Assembly: GCA_022614805.1 (NCBI GenBank)
Contig: JAKEHY010000024.1
Location: 1,844 to 65,843 of the forward strand
Length of the DNA: 64,000 nt
DNA from: Candidatus Zixiibacteriota bacterium
Lineage (GTDB): Bacteria > Zixibacteria > MSB-5A5 > DSPP01
Direction: 5' to 3'
Shown: positions 61,201-64,000 of the stretch, piece by piece
Numbering within the stretch: the first letter of the stretch is position 1
Layout of the letters: every line of letters begins with the position of its first letter
Position numbers and translations under genes: made by a program
Notes under the pieces: model-generated
Databases searched by the model: none
What the model was told of the DNA's origin: nothing
Seen by the model: only the letters and a program-made list of their open reading frames with translations

Positions 61201-61659
61201 GCGGTTTTTCACAAGAAGAGGTTTGGGCATAGTCGGCTCCAGGAGGGTCTGGGTAACCGTTACAACGATGGCGTTTGGATTATCGGTGAGGTGCGACAAA
61301 ACGGCAATCCGCTGTCCGGAAATATCCTCCAGCACCCGGTGCGGATAGAAAGGCTCGATGCCAAAGGAGGGAAAATAGAGGATGATTTCATCCGGCAGGA
61401 GGGTGGTCAAATCCTGCTGAAGCGCCAGGGCCTGTTCTTCTTTGGGCACAACCGCCAGCCGCAAGCCGCCCCGATTTTGAAAAGCGGCGGCCAAGAGGAA
61501 AGAACGGGCCGAGCCGGAAAGCCCCACCGGAAACGCCTCCCGCCCCTCCTCGAGCCGGGCCAACACGACCTGGGCGGGACGGGTTTGACGAAAAGCCTCC
61601 AGCAGCCGTTCTATTCGTCGGCCTTCCCTCATCAAAACCGGCGGGGCCATCTCGGGCAT
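58246..61659 (-). CDS. mfd: transcription-repair coupling factor
   Basis: UvrB-like N-terminus, CarD-like domain, GDVGFGKT, DEEH, QLRGRVGR, RDLEIRGAG. Confidence 0.97.
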   Translation of the reverse strand: MPEMAPPVLMREGRRIERLLEAFRQTRPAQVVLARLEEGREAFPVGLSGSARSFLLAAAFQNRGGLRLAVVPKEEQALALQQDLTTLLPDEIILYFPSFGIEPFYPHRVLEDISGQRIAVLSHLTDNPNAIVVTVTQTLLEPTMPKPLLVKNRFDVRIGQELGPEKLMATLEKLGYHRVPLTQEPADYSVRGGIVDLFPPVASAPVRVEFFGDRVESLRAFSVLDQRSKEKLESFTLLPNQEVLVDTEQVTRTLKSLPEDFAAPFFGEKELSNRFPALEYLAPFLGTSMGGLEEYLSPDLSAVAWVENEELEARKREWLEKGAYNQSEWEKIFGASGKEILTRAEKTWDGLRSRSGLIFPSVGLSGPNRIIFASAPLPGLGRNLSVWAKEVSTLSERGIRPFLFCETEEEKNRIGSLLEEERMPLATGVGRFAEGFIYPDAGFAVFTGHELFGRKLRTRPRRKAREGIALASYTSLTPGDFVVHVDYGVGRFAGLASVTVEGEKTDCLHLAYAGGDKLYVPIEQFRRVQKYAGKEGEPALTRLGTKSWERAKEKVQKALAEMAGELVALYAARKSRPGHPFSVDSSWMRELETSFPYDETPDQNEAIEAVRRDMEFAAPMDRLVLGDVGFGKTEVAVRASLKAVADGKQAAVLVPTTILALQHYLTFGERLLPFPVRIELLSRFRPAKEQKKVVAELKKGTVDIVIGTHRLLAKDVAFKDPGLLVIDEEHRFGVVQKEKLKKMKETVDVLTLSATPIPRTLQLSLSGARDLSVISTPPRGRLPIQTEILPFSDEAVRDAVLFELERGGQVFFVHNRVETIEGMKNYLLDLIPGLKLGVAHGQLSEETLERVMVDFLVRKFDLLLSTSIIESGLDIPSVNTLIVNRADRFGLAQLYQLRGRVGRSSEKAFAYFFTPPWSSLTDTAKKRLKAIAEFTELGSGFYLAMRDLEIRGAGNLLGAQQHGFIEEVGFDLYCELLEEAVARLKGEAHAIRPEVKLSFPIVPGLPEDYVASPADRIEVYKRLSELKNRAGLEDFRLELEDRFGPPPPKGEELLKMVELKLLAEEKKIGELKASGGRLEAVFTSEFPATRKSIEELRMRLPDAIEFAFAPGLALRVGCSACTGGELLEEARKLLSSI

Positions 61660-61827
61660 AATTTTTCTTTTCCGGCAACACCAAAACCCCGCCTTCGTCT
61701 GAAACCAGTAGGAAGAAGGCGGGTTGCCAGCCGCAAAGAACCGAATCTAACTAAAACCGGCCGTTTCTACAAGAGGCGGAAAACCCGGATAAAGGTGGCA
61801 AAAGGCCGGGAGGTGTGGTAAATTGGG

Positions 61828-62529
61828 ATGATGAAGAAAAAAAACTGGACGGGTGCGGTTTTTTTGACGGTTCTTCTGGCCACTTTGGGCCTTGCCAAAA
61901 CGAGCAAGAAAACCGAAACCCCAAACCCGATTTCCCGTATGATTGCCGCTTTGGGGGGGGACAAATTCTTAAATCTATCCGCTTTTCAGCTCTCCGGCCG
62001 TGGGTTTTTGGTTGGCAAAAACCCGGTCAAAATAGATTTCGCCCAGCGGGGGGGGAAAATGCGCTCCCAGATAGAGACGAACTTTTGGAGCTCCACCGAA
62101 GTTTTCGACGGGGTCTCCGGCTGGCGCCGCTTCGGCGCCGAAAAACCGTTCAAGCTTTCCCAGAGCCCGCTGGCCCTTTTTGCCCGAAACGGCCTTTTGC
62201 GCCTGCAGCAAATCGAGCGGAGTGTTTTTGAACTGGAAAAAGACACTGTAATAGACAAAACTTCCTGTTATTGGATAAAAAGTCTCGATTCCACCTTCGG
62301 CGAACTCTGGATTTTTTTGGACCAAAAGACCTTCCGCCCCAAGGAGCTCTATTCTCCGGCCAATGGAATCACCGCCGGTCTTGCGGCCTACGAGTTGATG
62401 GAAGAGGTTTATTTTCCCTACATGATAACCGTCCGCCGGGGGGTGCAAAGCTATTTGGAATTGAAATTGGACACCGTGGCGGTCAACCCGACCCTGCCCG
62501 ACTCCTTTTTCACCTTCCCCGAAGAGTAG
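61828..62529 (+). CDS. exported hypothetical protein (LolA-like fold possible)
   Basis: signal peptide; I.ALGG N-motif; C-terminal VNPTLPDSFF. Confidence 0.7.
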   Translation: MMKKKNWTGAVFLTVLLATLGLAKTSKKTETPNPISRMIAALGGDKFLNLSAFQLSGRGFLVGKNPVKIDFAQRGGKMRSQIETNFWSSTEVFDGVSGWRRFGAEKPFKLSQSPLALFARNGLLRLQQIERSVFELEKDTVIDKTSCYWIKSLDSTFGELWIFLDQKTFRPKELYSPANGITAGLAAYELMEEVYFPYMITVRRGVQSYLELKLDTVAVNPTLPDSFFTFPEE

Positions 62530-62584
62530 GGGCAATTCATGAATTGCCCCTACCATTTTCCCCCTTCCCGCGTCGGGAAGGGGG
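62526..62584. repeat. composite REP-like element
   Basis: perfect palindrome GTAGGGGCAATTCATGAATTGCCCCTAC followed by CCCCCTTCCCG-cgt-CGGGAAGGGGG. Confidence 0.8.
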
Positions 62585-62619
62585 TAAGGTCTCCTTCCCG
62601 GGGTAGTGCGGGGTGTACG

Positions 62620-62647
62620 AATCTCTAATCTCAAATCTCCAATCTCT
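62620..62647. repeat. heptamer tandem repeat (AATCTCN)x4
   Basis: AATCTCT AATCTCA AATCTCC AATCTCT. Confidence 0.8.
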
Positions 62648-62698
62648 GCCTTTCCCCCCCTATCTTCCGGCACTTATTTTGCGTATTTTAATTGGCAG

Positions 62699-63832
62699 AT
62701 GGATAAGCTGGTTACCACCCGTCCCAAGGAAAAAGCGCTTTTAGCCGGGGCTTTTATAAACGGAACGGCGGCCGAATCGATGGCGGAGCTGGAGGCCCTG
62801 ACGCTCTCCGCCGGGGCGATTGTGGTCGGCCGTTTGGCGCAAAGGCGCACGGCCCCCGACCCGGCCTTTTTCATCGGCCGGGGAAAAGTGGAGGAAATCA
62901 AAACGAAAGCGGAGGAAGCCGAAGCCGACGTCGTTATTTTCGACGACGAGCTGACCGGCGCCCAAGTTGCTAATCTGCAGGAGTTGACCGGCGTCCGCAC
63001 GATTGACCGCACGAATCTGATTCTGGACATCTTCGCCCAGCGGGCCAAAACCAGGGAGGCGAAAGCCCAAGTGGAGCTCGCCCAGTTGGAGTACCTCTTG
63101 CCTCGGTTGGCTGGGCGCTGGTCGCATTTGGAACGGCAGGTCGGCGGCATCGGCACCCGCGGCCCCGGCGAAACCCAGCTGGAAACCGACCGCCGGCAGG
63201 TGCGCCACAAAATCGTTCATTTGAAAAAAGTGCTGAAGGAAATCGACCGCCAAAGAGCCGTCCAGCACAAAAAAAGAAGTGCGGTGTACCGGGTCAGCTT
63301 GGTGGGCTACACCAACGCCGGCAAATCCTCCCTTTTCAACCAGCTCACCCGTTCCCAGACCAAAGTGGAGGACCGCTTCTTTTCGACCTTGGATTCCACG
63401 ACGCGGGTGTTGAAGTTCCCCTACTTTCCCCGGGTGATTCTGACCGACACGGTCGGCTTCATCAAAAAACTGCCGACCCACCTGATCGCCTCCTTCCGCT
63501 CCACCCTTTCGGAGGCGGCCGAATCGGACCTCCTTTTGCACGTGGTGGATTTCTCCCGTTCCGACTTTCGCGAAAATATCGCCGAGGTGCAGAAAATCCT
63601 GACTTCGTTGAAGGCCGATAAAATCCCGACCTTTCTGGTTTTGAACAAAATAGACCGGCTGGAAAGGGAAATCGGATTCGAAAATAAAAACGGCTTCTGG
63701 GATGTGGCGCGTGTGTCGGCCCTCAAGGGAAGCGGCATCGTGGGCTTGACGAACAAAATCGAATCCTTTTTGCGCTGGAGCTCCCAGAACCAAAACGGCG
63801 CCCCCGTGCGGGCCAACGAGCCCCCGGCCTAA
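62699..63832 (+). CDS. hflX: ribosome-splitting GTPase HflX
   Basis: ILDIFAQRA, RGPGETQLETDRR, GYTNAGKS, DTVGF, NKID; ATG 62699. Confidence 0.97.
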   Translation: MDKLVTTRPKEKALLAGAFINGTAAESMAELEALTLSAGAIVVGRLAQRRTAPDPAFFIGRGKVEEIKTKAEEAEADVVIFDDELTGAQVANLQELTGVRTIDRTNLILDIFAQRAKTREAKAQVELAQLEYLLPRLAGRWSHLERQVGGIGTRGPGETQLETDRRQVRHKIVHLKKVLKEIDRQRAVQHKKRSAVYRVSLVGYTNAGKSSLFNQLTRSQTKVEDRFFSTLDSTTRVLKFPYFPRVILTDTVGFIKKLPTHLIASFRSTLSEAAESDLLLHVVDFSRSDFRENIAEVQKILTSLKADKIPTFLVLNKIDRLEREIGFENKNGFWDVARVSALKGSGIVGLTNKIESFLRWSSQNQNGAPVRANEPPA

Positions 63833-63865
63833 GCGAACAACTCTCTTTCTTTTAACCTTTTTAGT

Positions 63866-63892
63866 TAAACCCGTGCCTCTTTTTGCCGAAAA
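63866..63892 (+). promoter_or_regulatory. sigma28-like promoter
   Basis: TAAA-N15-GCCGAAAA upstream of the receiver-domain gene. Confidence 0.6.
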
Positions 63893-63911
63893 TATAGAGG
63901 GATATCAGCCA

Positions 63912-64000
63912 ATGCAGAACGACGCGCGCCGGGTCTTGATAGTGGACGACAACCCGAATATGTCCAATTTGCTCTCCGATATGCTGGAGGTTTTTGAATT
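63912..64000 (+). CDS. response regulator receiver domain protein (partial, runs off the window)
   Basis: MQNDARRVLIVDDNPNMSNLLSDMLEVFE; RBS GAGGG. Confidence 0.8.
   Translation, partial: MQNDARRVLIVDDNPNMSNLLSDMLEVFE

Overview
GC-rich bacterial chromosomal window. Secreted proteins with dockerin-like and FlgD/T9SS-like C-terminal domains suggest an FCB-related lineage such as Zixibacteria (inference only). Most genes are housekeeping or envelope genes: lon, fused 2-oxoacid dehydrogenase E1, GMPP-PMM fusion, cstA, pssA-psd-tal-truA, polX, yifB, an amidohydrolase pair, TetR-TolC-MFP-RND efflux, tRNA-Asp, mscL, OmpA, pdxS/T, tatA, purS/Q, two PPIases, mfd and hflX. Main points of interest: (1) a self-contained damage-inducible cassette in which a CI/LexA-like repressor faces an operon of radical-SAM/HhH protein, a UmuD lacking both catalytic residues, and UmuC; (2) a trypsin-like lipoprotein protease followed by a stand-alone copy of its own N-terminal domain; (3) a candidate ~115-nt sRNA with a sigma28-like promoter, one of four such promoters; (4) a BCP peroxiredoxin with a histone-H1-like basic tail; (5) an AT-rich two-gene islet (HEPN-like protein plus membrane Mrr-type nuclease); (6) a recurring two-part REP-like element; (7) several apparently leaderless genes; (8) a beta-propeller/dockerin gene split by one in-frame TGA. 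I saw no CRISPR array, rRNA, integrase or transposase. All family calls come from motif recognition by eye; no searches were run.
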